This document shows positions 36,691 through 50,004 of a DNA stretch of 64,000 nucleotides, in pieces (position 1 is the stretch's first letter; each line of letters begins with the position of its first letter). The notes below the pieces were generated by a model. That model was not told where the DNA came from. It saw nothing but the letters and a program-made list of their open reading frames with translations, and made no database searches. Origin of the DNA: Lama glama (taxonomy: Eukaryota); assembly GCA_028534125.1 (NCBI GenBank), contig CM052817.1, positions 16,742,001 to 16,806,000 on the forward strand, in the 5' to 3' direction. A program made the position numbers and the translations under genes.

Positions 36691-37819
36691 TTAAATGTAC
36701 CTCCATCGAAATAGGTAAGTGTTGGTCACATGGGCCTCTGGTGTCTTTAGAGGGAGACTCAGAATTCAGTAAATTCACCAACACATCAAGTGAATGTCTG
36801 CACGCTATTCCCAAGTCCAGAGGGCAGAATGAGGCACTTAAATGGGTTTCTTCTCTTGTGGGGTAAGAAGCTAGGAGTTGGGGCTCAGAGGCAGGAACAA
36901 AAAAAATGTAATGAGGGCCCTCGATGACATAAGATCTTTTCTGATTTCTGGAGCCAAAAGCTGAGTGGAGGCCGAATAGATGAGTGTTAAACCCTGTGAC
37001 TCTAGACCCCATGGACTTACAAGTTTTCTGACCCTGTGCTGGTGATCTCAGCTCTCTGTGCTCAGGCTCCTGCACTATCAAATGAGACTGAAGATGCTGC
37101 CAGCACTGGCCTTACAGAGCCACTGTACAGACTAAGGGAGAAATTCCACGGTCAGTGCTTTTAGTACAGAGCTTGCACACACAGGAAGTGGTCAATAATT
37201 AGTAGCTATCATCATTGGATAATTGAAGCAACTGTCTTGATAATCAAAAGCCCCAGCCCTTTAGCGATGGCCCATAGCAGTCGCTGTGGGAGTACCTGTA
37301 GATGAGCAATGAGCTGAATGATCTAGCTCCGGCAGCACAAAACCAGAACTTTGCAGGGAAAGGGGAAACGTTTCCAGGTATGACTCTCCTGTTTGGGCCA
37401 CCTCTCACCATCCTCTCCGTCTGCACCCAGACCTCCAGACCCTCCGCTAACCCCCCCTATTCCAGCCAGCAAGCAATAGGGCCACCCACCTCTCAGCGCA
37501 TTGACCCTCCATGTAGGTTATTCGATTAAAAGTTCTTTCTTTCACCTAATTTTCTAGGCAATTTGGACCAAAGTGAATTTGGTCTGTAAATTACAAGGGT
37601 AATTACCCAGTTTCTGTCCTTGGTGTGAACTGGGCGTGGGCGGTGGAGGGTGTGGAACAGACGGAAGGTGGGTGGTTTTTAGGGTGGGATTTACTTTTCT
37701 TTTTCACTACTTTGGCTTTCTTGCAAGAACCTGTTTCCTCTCCTTTGTTTAAAACTAATTATTGCGATTTTTCTTCTGCGTATAAAAGTTTTCAATGTTA
37801 ATCAAAGCAAAATTTTAAA

Positions 37820-38560
37820 ATAATAATAAGTAACACTTATAAAGTCCCTATATTAAGCATCTTACATGCATTTAGTCACTGAATCCTTACAACAACCTTA
37901 TGGGGCTGGTACTATTATTAACATCATCATGATCCCCATTTTATAAAGGGTAAAGCTGAGGCACAGAGAAGTTAAGTAACTTATACAGGGTCACACAGCT
38001 ACAGTGTGATGAAACCTGGGATCCAAGTCCAGGTAATCTAGCTCCAGTCTACACTCCACCACAAATGTACAAAAAAGTACAGAGAAGAAAATAAAAACCA
38101 CTTGAACTTCAAATGCTGAAGTAACATAATGTTCTGATTTTTTAAATTGCCAATTTCTGCACATACTTAAATGCATTTTAAAAATAGATTTGGGCTTATA
38201 GTATACATGGGATTTTTATAACCCACTCTTTTCCCTTGACCACTGTGTTGTGAACATTTCCCCATACTACTGTATCTTCTACAACTTGACTTTTTAACAC
38301 TACGTGGTTCCATTGCATGGATGCACCATATTTTATTTAACTAATCCCCTACTGTTGGACATTGCAGTTATTTCCAGTTTTTCATTATTGTAAGTAATAT
38401 GCTTCCCTGTAGAGAAATCTTTTTTTGAAAACCATCTGGCAGTGTTCTTAAACATAGAGATTGCAGGGCAGGTGTTGTACACATTTTTAAGGCTTCTTCT
38501 GGGTTTAAACTATCTAACTGCTCTCCAGAAACTGCACTGACTTCCACCTGCCAACACTCA
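37820..38560 (-). mobile_element. MIR followed by an old L1 (L1ME-like) fragment
   Basis: cccattttata...gctgaggcacagagaagttaagtaactt; then ttccattgcatggatgcaccata..ttatttaacta..cccctactgttggacatt. Confidence 0.7.
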
Positions 38561-40064
38561 CTGAGGTGCATGATCCTCATCCCCTTCCCGAGTCCCTGGC
38601 TGTGGAGGTCCCTGCTACTCAGAAGTGTCCTCCAGCTCTGCTTATCTCAGCCGAGGGAACGTGTGAGACAGAAGGAATTTCTTTCCTGGAGATGTTCTGG
38701 AACACCTCTGTCCAGGTAAACACCTTTAATCAACAGAGTTGGCAGTAGCAGTAAGAATCTTCTTGTGTGTGTGTCTGTGTCTGAGTGTGCTTTAATCTAG
38801 AAAGAGAGATGCTGTAACATACTTAGTGAGCAGAAATCAAAAGGCAAACATAATTAACCAAAAATAGGAAAGCTGAGAGGAGACAGAGAGAGAAAAAAGG
38901 AGAAGATGTGAGGAGCAAATCTTTGGGGTGATTACGACCCTGGGTGCCCCTCTCCCACTAGAAAATGGATGACCCTTTTGTACGATCCTCAGCAGGGCCA
39001 CCAAAGAGGAAACAGGTGCCTCTCTCATTCCTTGGAGCCCCCGACATGCTGGGCAAGGATGGAGCAAATCCTGCCCAGCCCTTGCTGACTCTGGGATCGC
39101 CCTGTGATCAGACAAGATGATAAACGAGGCAAGCATGGCCCTGTGAGTGGGGAGCGGTCCACATCTATCTTGGTCTGGTTCAAGGCTGGGCCCTTGCTTA
39201 TCCATCTGTCATCTGCCCAGCACCTGAGCTGTGGGGCATTCCTTCACACCAGGCTGAATTCCAGCTGGTCCCACTCCTTCCAGCCATTCTCCCAACTTCT
39301 TCCCCTGCCTCCCACAGGCCAGTCCCTGCTGCTCCTGGCATTCCTATGCCTATGAAAGTTGTGCAGAAGTTTTCATTGATGTCAAAGGGTTATGGTCTAT
39401 GGGGGAAGAGGAGATGCTCCTATTTCTTTCAACATAAAATAGAGACAATAGTACACATGTTATGAGGTTGTTGTGAGGTTGACATAAGAAGTGGCTTGTA
39501 AATTACTGAGTACATAAATGTGACTTGCCTTTCCCTAAGTGGAAACTTTTGTGGCAGCAAACGTGATTTGTATTTAACAGAAATTCATGTATTAAGGCAG
39601 CAGACAGATATTTCATTCCAATCAGGTCATCAAGGAATGCTTCCTGGAGGAGACCGCATTTGAGCCTGGAGACTCAGGTGAAGGGAGAAATAAAAGAAAG
39701 TGAGCTGGTTGAATTGTAAGATGTGATAAAAAAAAATCAGTAAGTGACAGGAACTTGACAATATATATTTGGCAAGGTGTGCTGGGACCCTGAGACAGGG
39801 TGCTGTGTGTTTTCATGAATTAAGAAGAGTAAAGGATCTGAAGTTGAGGGCTTTCCTTAATGGTGGTAGCAAGGAATGATAATCAAATATATGTTTTTAT
39901 CCCAAACTGATACCCCAACACTTGCTGAGTGTTTACTATATGCCAGGCACCATGGTAAGTGTTACACACTCTGCTCGGTTAAATTCCCATGGGCCCAATA
40001 TTCATGAAATTCCCATTTTACCAATGACAGGGGCTCATGAAAATTGAAACTTGTTCAAGGTTGT

Positions 40065-40160
40065 GGGGAAGGGGTATAGCTCAGTGGCAGAGCATGTGCC
40101 TAGCATGCACGAGGTCCTGGGTTCAATCCCCAGTACCGCCATTAAAAAAACAAAACAAAA
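40065..40160 (+). mobile_element. tRNA-Ala(AGC)-derived SINE (Vic-1-like) inserted in a MIR
   Basis: GGGGTATAGCTCAGTGGCAGAGCATGTGCCTAGCATGCACGAGGTCCTGGGTTCAATCCCCAGTACCGCCA plus A tail; TSD aaacttgttcaaggt / aaacctgtccaaggt. Confidence 0.9.
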
Positions 40161-40439
40161 AAACCTGTCCAAGGTCACCAGCTAGAAAGATCTAGAGCCA
40201 GTTTTATGAAAAACCAGTGTGACGCTGGCATTCATAAGCTTAACTACCGCACTTCTGTAGCTCATTTCTGGGGCTTGGCTGTGAAGGGGAGCCCAGTAGA
40301 TTTCATGTCCAGCTGCCCACTTCTCAGAAGATTTGGACTTCAGGACTGAGAGGCTGAGGAATCCATGGAAACCAACAAGGTCCAGCCTGGCTTTGGCTCC
40401 AGCCACTCCCAGTCTGGCCTCACTGACCACTTCCTCCCC

Positions 40440-41190
40440 ACCAGCTCTGCAGCCTCCGCCAGGTCCAGGCCGCCAGCCCTCGCCTGAATTCTTGCAATAG
40501 CCATTCAGCTACTTGTTCTGATTGCACATTTGTCCTCTCCTCACACACAGCCCACTCCCAACCCAGCAGCCAGACACAACCTGCATCTTTTGGGCAGCCT
40601 GGCTGACCTCTCCCCCAAACCCTCTGTGACTCAGGTAAGAGCCCAAGCCCTTGGTGAGACCCGCCAGGCCCCCATGATCAGCCCTCTTGCCTCTCTGACT
40701 TTGTCTCCTGCAGCTCCCCCTGGATCATTCTGTCCAAGCCAACCACCCACCTGGATATTCATCAAACAGGAACAATACCCTCCTGCCTCTGGACCTCTGT
40801 ACTCACTCTTCCCTCTGTCTGGAATGCTCTTCCCGCCCGCTCTCCACGTGCATCAAGCCCTCATGTCCCACAGGTTTTATTCAAACAACACCTTCTTGAT
40901 GCAGCCTTCACCAGACACTCTGCCTAATATTTCAATCCTCCCCTGCCCAGCACTTCCAATCTTCCTTCCCCATCTTCCTTTCCCTTCTAAACACGCTACT
41001 TTCTAATGTGCTCTGTGTATTACAATTATCTGTCTTTTGATTGTCTTTCTCTCTCTCCCATCATAATATAAACTCCTTGAAAATGGAGGTTTTTATCAGG
41101 CTTGTTCACTGCTGACCTCAGGGCCTAAACTGTGTCTGGCTCAGGGTGAGTGCTCATGAATCTCAGTGAATGAATGAATGAATGAATGAC
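40440..41190. mobile_element. L2 3' fragment ending in (TGAA)n
   Basis: ccctctgtctggaatgctcttcc...ttgttcactgctg...gtgaatgaatgaatgaatgaatga. Confidence 0.75.
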
Positions 41191-42719
41191 TTGATGAATC
41201 TGGGGTTGTGACCAGCTGCAGTGTGTGGCAAGGGCAGGCGGAGGGCAGTACTGTTCTCTCCTACCAAGGTCAACCTAGGAGAGGGAGGGGGTGGGATGCA
41301 GCCGTGACGGACCATGAGCTCCACCTTGGAATCACAGTGGAGTGATTCAACACGTTCGAGCCTCCGTCTCTTCATTTGTAAAGATGAGAAGGAAGCAACA
41401 TTAAGAACTGCCTGCTCTGTGCCTGGCCCTCCTATAGTCCTCGCAACATCCATGGGAGGTACATCTCCTACCTATTTTACAGACAGAAAAACCGAGTCTC
41501 AAAGGCTGCAACTACTTTCCTAGCAGATGGCGAAGTTAGGAGTAGAATCCACTTTCACAGGTTTTCACAACCTGAGCTCTTTATAGTCTAGACACCACCT
41601 CTCGCTTGAACAGAGGGCATCTGTCCTCTACCTATAGGCAGGGATCCTGGAGTAACACCTCGAACAGCTGTTGTGAGTTCCGTGAGACTAACCAGTGCCT
41701 TGCCTCCTCCCATGGAGGGGAGGAAAGGCGGCTCAGGGGTCGGCTCACCCCGCCCTCATCCATCTTCAAAGTCAGAGAAAAGAGCGCAGCAAAAATACAC
41801 GTGGACAGAGAGTCCCTCTCTCACGTACATCTCAGAGACCTCTCCATGCTGCAAGGCCAGGCCCATTCACAGCTCTGCTTTGTGCTTGAGAGGTTCCTAG
41901 GAGCCTCCAGATTTGGGAATTCTACCCAGATACACTTCTTGCTGCGGCAGCAAGATGCTGCTCGAACAGGACCGGCAATTACTGAAGGAAACCCTCATGG
42001 GGTAACAGGCCACGTGACGCTGTCTGCAAAGTCAGTATTATAATCAGATGGCATTTCAATAAATGGGGAGTCTTTGAAAGATTATTCTGACTTTATCCAC
42101 TTATTTAAGAAGCAAGTAGACAGTCCCTTTTTAGAAGAGATAAGACACTGGGATCCCCTGATAGCACTGAAAGAAGTGTTATTTTGTGTGTACTTATTAA
42201 GAGGAAGCAGCGATCACAGGACCTGGCAAGGGGGCAGTAGAAACAGCTACAGAATGTGTGTGTGTGCATGTGTATCCATGTGTGTGTGCATGTGTGTACA
42301 TGAGCCCATATGCATATTAGCATATTAGTTAACAGCTTAGCAAAAGTCAAAGGAATCATTTAGCTGCTGAAAAGCTGGTGCAGTCTTAGACTACCATAAC
42401 TACTCAAGATCCAGGGATTCTTGGGGAGACTTCTTAACACTCAGTGGGAAAACACTTCCCACCACAGGCCATCCATCACCCTCTTTACAAAAGGATCACC
42501 TACGACAAACAGAATCACCACCCGAGGCTTCCGTTCTCACCAATAACTGACCATGTCCAGAAAAAGTTGAAGAGATGAGGGTGGGTTGGAATGTGTTCCC
42601 AAATCGGACCAAGCCAGAGAGCCAAGCTCCCTCCCAGTATGACGGAGAACGTTCTTCACTCCCAGGCTTTAGGCCACGCTGATGTGAAGTCAGTACAACC
42701 AATCAAAGCCACAACACAC

Positions 42720-42884
42720 CTGTAATATTGTCATAGCTCCGGAAATTCATCTCGATGTGGTCCCACTCCAGCACCATGCAGTTCTCCATGCTGGGCTGAG
42801 CGATGGCCACGTACACATCATTCTTGGAGTTGAACGTATCCACCGAAACCGACTGGTAGGGCAAAGTCTGATGAACAACAAAAT
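42720..42884 (-). CDS. LGI2: LGI2 exon 7, first EPTP/EAR repeat ([55 protein letters not shown])
   Basis: 165 nt, acceptor ttcccag|A, donor G|gtgtgt, phase 1-1. Confidence 0.96.
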
Positions 42885-45626
42885 CTGGGAATGGGTGTTT
42901 GAAAAAAACAAATCTCGGTGAGATCTCTTGTGGGAATTACGGCCCATCATTCCCCTTCTACCTCCCCTCTCATCAGTTCCAAAGAGGACTGGAGCGGGGG
43001 GAGGACAGGAGAGAAGCAACACACATCACAGTACGTCTCACTCTGGGAGATTCCAGAGGGTTTGGCTTGCATGGCATTTGCAGACTGAATGCACAGCTGC
43101 CAATATAGCTTCTTTGAGATAAATAGTTCACAAGTTTGGCTAGAGGATCTCAAAGTTTTAAACAAATTTGGTGAGACCTGGCTTTCAAAAAGACAGGACA
43201 GAAAGATGCTGCAGAGTGACATTCCTGAAACTAGCATGAAAATTACTCTGTGAAACAGGGCTGCGATGGTCAAATTCCTTGGAGAAACGCTGTATTTTTA
43301 GCTGTCTCAGAATAGCCCCAGGAGTAAAGAAAACTAAAAATAAACTCCCCAAAGGGCACGCGGCACTTTTGCAAACCACATCAAACTCTCTGATAAGGTC
43401 TCAGAGGTTTATAAAGCCCACAGTGCAGGACAGTTAACCTAAATATGTTTACTGGTTCCTGGACTCATAGCAGCACTAAGTACTGGCTGTGCCTGGGATC
43501 GGGCCAGAGTTCTGCAGCTAAACAAGCAGTTACAAGAGATCTATTAGATTTTCAGGCAACCTAGAAGCCGTCCTATTTGAGCATGCATCCTGCTCTTACA
43601 TTTAGTGGTAAGTAGATACTTGCCATCCGTATTGCTCCCCTGAGCTACAGTGACTCACTGTATGACGTCTTCGGAAGGAACATACAATTTTACCAAGGAA
43701 CAGGGTTAGCATGCCCTTGGACGCAAGACTAGTTAGTGTGTGGGATAGCTGGAGAACCAATAAAGAAAGAAGTTTAAAAAAACAAAAAGAAACATAACAC
43801 TAAAAAAGTTTAAGGTAAGTTATTTCTTTGGCCAGAGATCTTTCAGTATGCACAGCTTCTTGGCAGGCTAAAGGCACCCAGGGTAAAATGATGGCTGATA
43901 TCTAGCTTAGGAAAGTTGTTCCTATGAGAAAATCCTGGCTTTGCCCACCTCTTTGCCACCCAATCCTTATCCGTGCCCTCTCGAGCCCCATCTCCTCTGC
44001 AGAACTTCCCTGGCTGGTCCAATCACGGCACTCCTCCTAACTCACTGGACTCATAACCAGGCTCTGTTGTTTACATCTGATTATTCACAATGATTGAATC
44101 TCCAACACAGCCGCATCAGAGTCAGATCTGGAGAAATGGGGGCGATGTCTTAGAGCCCAGAGTCATTTTACAGAGCCAGAAGCTGGATCTCAGAGAGGGT
44201 GCATGCCCGGCCATAGCCACACAGCCAGTATGGTATGTCTCCTGAACCCAGGGCTTCCTAAGGAAGGGCCTGGGTCCTACACTTCTCAGACACCCCATGA
44301 CACAAGCCCACAGCAACCACTCAAGAAATAACGGACTCAGAAGACTCATAAAAGATGTTAAATGAGAAAGGCATTAAAGGGTAGTGAGGCCACCAGGTAG
44401 TGAGTAAGGAGGGCCAGTGCAAAAGGACTAGAGGCAAGAAAGGGGGCAGAGCAACTGAGCAGGTGCTGAGGTGGGAGGCAAGGCGCCGGCGTGGGAAGAG
44501 CAGGTGACGGTCAGGGGGCAGGAGAGGGGGCAGGGCTGAGGAGGAGGGCGGGTGAGGCACTGGAAAGAACGCTGCGCCTGGAGTCAGACCACCTGTGACC
44601 ACTTCCTGTGCTGGTGACCCTGGGTGCTGTGCACTTGCTCTGACAGGGCCTCCGTTCACTTGTCCACAACTTGGGGCAACGATACCTACCACCCAAGCTC
44701 GACGGCGGGGACAGACTGGGTCATGTTGGTGGACGTGCCAACCTCAGGGTTCAGCACACAGCAGGCACTTGATAAGCATGTTATTAAGATCCAAGAAAGG
44801 ACAGTCCCCTCCGCTGTCCTCGCCATCACCGGGCCGTCTCTTGAGGGAGTGTCCATTTTAATGGCATCTGAGAGAAAATGCTGAAGCTTTGACTCTGCCT
44901 TTCTGCTGAGTGACCTTGGAAAGTTTACCCAAACTCTCTCTCTGCCTCAGTTTCCTTGTCATAGATCATGACTCATACTCATGTGGAGCGGTGCCCAGCA
45001 CAAGGCGCATGCTCAGTACGTGCTCCTTTCGGAGGTGCCCTCTCAGGCTGAGTGGACAGGAGCTGCTTCGTAAATCCTTGCTGGCTTGACGTGCGCGGCA
45101 GGGGCAGGGCTGGCCGCGCCCTCGGCCCACTCTAAAGAGTGGGGGTGGGTGGGGGGAGGACGGGGGCTGAATGAATGAGGCTGGCAGGTGCAGGGAGAAG
45201 AGGGAGAAGCAAAGAGGAGGCTGCCTCTGCACCCAATAGCAAGACGTGGCCAAGGACAGCAGGGACAGGCGGCAAGAGTGGAGGAGGTCCCCTCCCCCCA
45301 CTGCGGGGGCGGTGCCGCCTGAAGAGCGGGGGCGGGTGAGAAAGACTGGCTGCTACCCTCCCGGCACCTGCAGCTCCAGGACCGCAGGCAAGACACTTGA
45401 GCCTCGGGGTCCCCAGGAGTAAAAGGATACGGGTAACGTCTATCTCAGAAGGTTGCTGCCGAGACTAAGTAAGAGTGCGGGTTAAGTGTTGCTGCACAGC
45501 CTCATCTAGGCTCATCCCTCTGGAGCCTGACCTACTCCCTAACAATGACAGTATGAGGCTGCCTGCCTGAAGACTTAGGGGAGAGTCAGAATGGCTCCCC
45601 GCTCCCCCTCCTCCATCAAGTACGCT

Positions 45627-45690
45627 CCCCCCCCCCCCCGAATCCTCCGTGGCTGAATCAAAGACTGAAAGTTGAACACCCCCCCCCCCC
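45627..45690. repeat. Two homopolymer runs, C13 (45627-45639) and C12 (45679-45690)
   Basis: Read directly. Confidence 0.9.
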
Positions 45691-48600
45691 GCTTAGTTCA
45701 CTCCTGCAGGCACTGGCAGCCCTAGTGTGGAACTCAGAATGCACTCGGGGGACGAGAGGTTTCCATGTTCACGTGTAGGGAAATGGAAAAAGGGAAATGC
45801 GAGCAGGCACTGTCTCCTTCCTTTTCTGCAACGGGCGAGGACCAGAGAATACAGCTGTGTTCTTCCAGTTATAGCCAAGAAGGCTATAAACCCCTCCCAC
45901 ATCTCCAGCGGCCTTGTCTCATCCAAGTCTCCCAAGGTTCCAAACACTCCTGGGATGTCTGCGACCCCATCTGCTGGTTCTCACTAGTCTCCGGCTGCAC
46001 TTTGAATTCTCACGAACACAAACATTCCTTAGCTTAAAAACGTAGGTCGTTTAAAGTGCAGGCCAAAAAGTTTCTGTTTTGTATTTAAAAATCCCAGAAT
46101 GAAAGAGAGCTGCCCAGACAGAGAGCATTTTACAGATCTTGCCTTTAATGGTGCTATTTTCATTTATTTCCCCCAAACGTTGGCTTCATAATATTCTCTA
46201 TATACTGACTATCTGGCACAGCACAGACTGTTAAATCATTTAAATGATAAACCTAATTCTCAATAGGAGACCCTTCACCTCCCTTGCCTACCCCCTCTCG
46301 CCCCCAAAAAGGGGAGGAGGAAGAGTAGGGAGGAAGAAAAGAAGGGAAAGAAGAAACAATATGATTGATGAATGTGTGTTTGTGTGAGTTGGGGCAGGGA
46401 CTCAAGGAAATTAAACATCTTCCCCCAGCCCCGTTGTAAGTTATCTTTCACAAACGGCCAAAGCACATTCACTGTGGAAAGATCTCAGACAATGCACATA
46501 TTGATATGACATCAATTTACTAGTGTTAAAGTATTAATGGCCTTCTCCACAGAAAAGCCCTGCCACCTCCATTCACATTGGATTAAGTTCATGATGTCAG
46601 TGGGACTCTTACAATTTAGGCCTTGCTCCCGCTGGAATCAACAGATTTTTACATAGCTATTTATAGCACTTGCAGAAAATAAATTATACATGATGCTGAT
46701 CCTATTGGGAGAGAAACTGCACATTAATGCATTATTTCTCTTTGCATTTTCATCAGCCCTGAAACAGGGAAGCTAACGGGACAATTAGGATGCAAAATTC
46801 ACTCCCTCTGAGGAATTTAGTGAATTATCCACCTAACATGGGGAATCATGAGTGGGTAACAGGGATTTCTGAGGTGGTTAAAAATAGACTTGAAGCAGTG
46901 GGTTATGGAAGGGCTGTGATTAATCTGGAGTGCTGAAACCGTCCAGGGGTGGCTTTGTGGTGTTAATTACACCCCTGCACTGAGGAGCAGGATGGTAATA
47001 GTACCTCCTTCGCCCTGGGAAGAACAAGGTGAGAAGGTAGTACATTCTACCTGAAGAATGTACTCTTTTCCTAAAACCCTGAGCTAAGAAAATGTGCTCC
47101 TTCCCAAATCTCGCGTGAGGACTCGGTCATGGTACAATGACTCTCAGACTTGGCTTTCCAACTTCCATCCATCCTCACACATTTCCCTCCCGGCCTTAAA
47201 TAAAGCACCAGAGGATGAAGTTTGATTTGAGCAGAAGGCAGGAACACCCCAAACTCACAATTTATTGACCTAGTTCTTACAAGGCAGGGACAATATTTGG
47301 GGGTGGGTCACAACTTGGTGGCACCATTTTTTCATGATGGAAGAAACTGTGAGCAAGAGCTCATTTGTCTTACAGGGATAAAACAATAGCAAAGCCAGAA
47401 TCATCATCTCCCTGTTACCAGGGAGAGGTGCTGACTTTGTAAATTTTAGCAGGAAGCTTGTTAGCAAAGGTAAGTTACGTAGAAGAGAATGCCCAGAGGG
47501 GAATGTGCTGAGGGGCTCACGCTGCCTCAGAGGTTCTGGGCTTAGGACAGGTTCCTACCTCCCAAGGGCCCTTAGAGCCCAAGCCATTTTTCTCTGAGAT
47601 TGGCAAAATTTTCACACACTAAGGCCAGGTCTGAATAGAACAAAGGAAAAGCTGCTCACTTCAGTCTGGGCTTTGGGGAACTCTCCAGAAAAACGAGAAG
47701 AGGCAGAGAGGAGCCCCAGCGAGCTGTGGTTTCGCATTTCATACAGCGCGGCTTTGAATGCCATCTTTTGGCGCAAACGTCATTGACCATGACCTCTGAT
47801 TTATTGCACTGCTCTACAGTACAATACATAACCCCTCAGTGGCCTCAGCTGGTTAAAGGGCACCTGCCAATTACACAGCTGAGTAAGTCCCTGTCCAGGG
47901 ATGAAAGACAAGGGCATGTCCGTAAGACCGCAGGTTTCCTCCCAGAAAAGAGCAGAACTTTTTACCATTTTACCCTCATTTACCAGAGATCCCTAGAAAT
48001 AATCTTTACTTTGTGGATGTTTATTTGTTCTGGGGGTAGCAGTGGAACTAGCCTAAATGTGATATTTTGTTCTTGGAGTTTTTTTGTCTTTTGAGTTTCT
48101 GTAACTATTTTCTGAGTTCTCATTCCTGTGGCTTCCACTGACGTGCCCTGAGGCTTTGTAGATATCAGCTCTCAGCCTGAATGTTTATTTTTCTGTCTGG
48201 TAAGCAGGTTTCATACTGTGGATTGATCCACTCTCCTTTAAAATCTGGCCTGAGAAGCTGCAGGAACTCCACCTAAGCCTTTCACATGGAGACACTCACC
48301 TGCTCTCTACAAGATCTGACATCAGAGGCAGTTAGCATTATAATTTTATCTTATAACCTGAAAAATGTATAAACTGAAGCCTGAGGCAGGCTGTGGAAAA
48401 CAAAATCAAACTTTCTTTACATTTTTTTCCCCCATGTAAGTTTTCCCTTTTGATAACTAGTTGTTAACTTGTATTTCTACTTTGTCATTTGTTGTGACTT
48501 ACCTAGCTTTCTCATGTTACATGGAACTACAAAAGCAATTTATAGATTTTAAATTATTAGTTAAATGTTCAACAAGTTATCAGTTAAATGTTCAATAACT

Positions 48601-48916
48601 TTCATATTATTCATTCAAGAGAACAATGATTTAGGTTTCTCCTCACTGTCTTTCCATGAAGCCCAGGATGACATGAAAATGTTCTCATGCCAAACTCACT
48701 AGTTTATACTTTTGGTCTTTAAAAAAAAAATCTTCAGAGAAATTTGAATTTTGTAAAGAATCAAAAAGAATCAAAGTTAAAGCCAGTGCTGTTAACAAAA
48801 ATCTTCCCAAACCATTGAGAAATTTTCCTCGCCACATCAATTAAATTTCCCCTAAAATAATTTTTATACACAACTTTTACCCTCATGTCGTTGACAATCT
48901 AAAAAAAAACAAAGGA

Positions 48917-49008
48917 TTTTTTTTTTTTATGGAGGTATTGGGGATTGAACCCAGGACCTCAAGCATGCTCTACCTCAAGCTATACCACTGAGCTATACCC
49001 CAAGCCCC
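48917..49008 (-). mobile_element. tRNA-Ala-derived SINE (Vic-1-like), internally rearranged, ~47 nt from the exon 6 donor
   Basis: Reverse complement: ggggtatagctcagtggtatagcttgaggtagagcatgcttgaggtcctgggttcaatccccaatacctcca plus poly(A). Confidence 0.85.
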
Positions 49009-49055
49009 TGGGATTATTCTAAATATCAGACTTCAATGCTAGAGGTTCTGAATAC

Positions 49056-49225
49056 CTGTAGTTGTGCATTCATAGTCAAAGCTGGTCACGTCATTCAGCT
49101 TCTTTTCCTGATATTCCGGTGGACCGATACACAGGACATCAGACACAGTGGAATTTGTCATCTTCAACCACAGATACAACCACTTGGCTTTGCAGTCACA
49201 TTCGAACTTATTGCCCCTTAAATCT
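49056..49225 (-). CDS. LGI2: LGI2 exon 6, LRRCT (DLRGNKFECDCKAKWLYLWLKMTNSTVSDVLCIGPPEYQEKKLNDVTSFDYECTTT)
   Basis: 170 nt, acceptor ttccttag|A, donor G|gtattc; NxFxCDC..W..W C-cap motif. Confidence 0.96.
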
Positions 49226-49932
49226 CTAAGGAAACAAAACAAAACAAACACATACACAGAAAAAAAGACATGTCAGAAACATTTTGACAGTAACATGAAA
49301 CTCCAGAATTCTTAACATCCTGACATATTTAATAATGCCTCCAAATGGAATTTTTTAAAAATTGTATTTAACACATTTGACGTCTTGCACTTATCACTGA
49401 CTTTATCTAACGCTTTTCAGTGACCACGATTTTAACCGTATAGCACACAGAGAGTGCTTGGTGTTGACACAGCAGCATTTCTCCAGATCCTCTTGAAATT
49501 GTCAACATGCCGTGCTGGAAATGGGGGAGGGGCGGCAGAAGGTGGCACCCCCCACCCCAGCATAGGTTCTCACAAGTAAAGACAGGACATTACAGGAAGA
49601 GAGCTTTGACGAAGAACACAACTGAAACGTTAAGATCTTGTTAAACTTTGCCCAGGAAGAAATGACAAACGCTGAAAGGTAAAACAGCTGGACACACTAC
49701 TGGTCTCTGGGAGAAAGGAGACCTCCCCCTCAAGCGTGCCGAATTACCGTTGGCCTGATGCTAATAAGTATATTCCAAAATGGCAAAATCGAACACAGGA
49801 CAAACTATATGCTGTTTCCCAGTATTTTCTATGTTGTCATAGGTTTTTAGCTGCAATGTTAAAGAAAAATGCAGTACAGGAGGAGAAGGGATGTGAAGAC
49901 AAGGACACATAAACTTAGTTTTCATTACTTAC

Positions 49933-50004
49933 AGTTCAATCAGAGAGTCTAAATCACTGAAGACATCCCTCGGGAGTGCTTTTATGTGGTTATTGGCCAA
50001 AGAA
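49933..50004 (-). CDS. LGI2: LGI2 exon 5, LRR (SLANNHIKALPRDVFSDLDSLIEL)
   Basis: 72 nt, acceptor gttttag|T, donor CT|gtaagt. Confidence 0.96.

Noticed and set aside
40071..40141. Functional tRNA-Ala(AGC) gene
   Set aside because: Mismatched acceptor stem, A-rich tail, TSD and several diverged paralogues in the window indicate a SINE.
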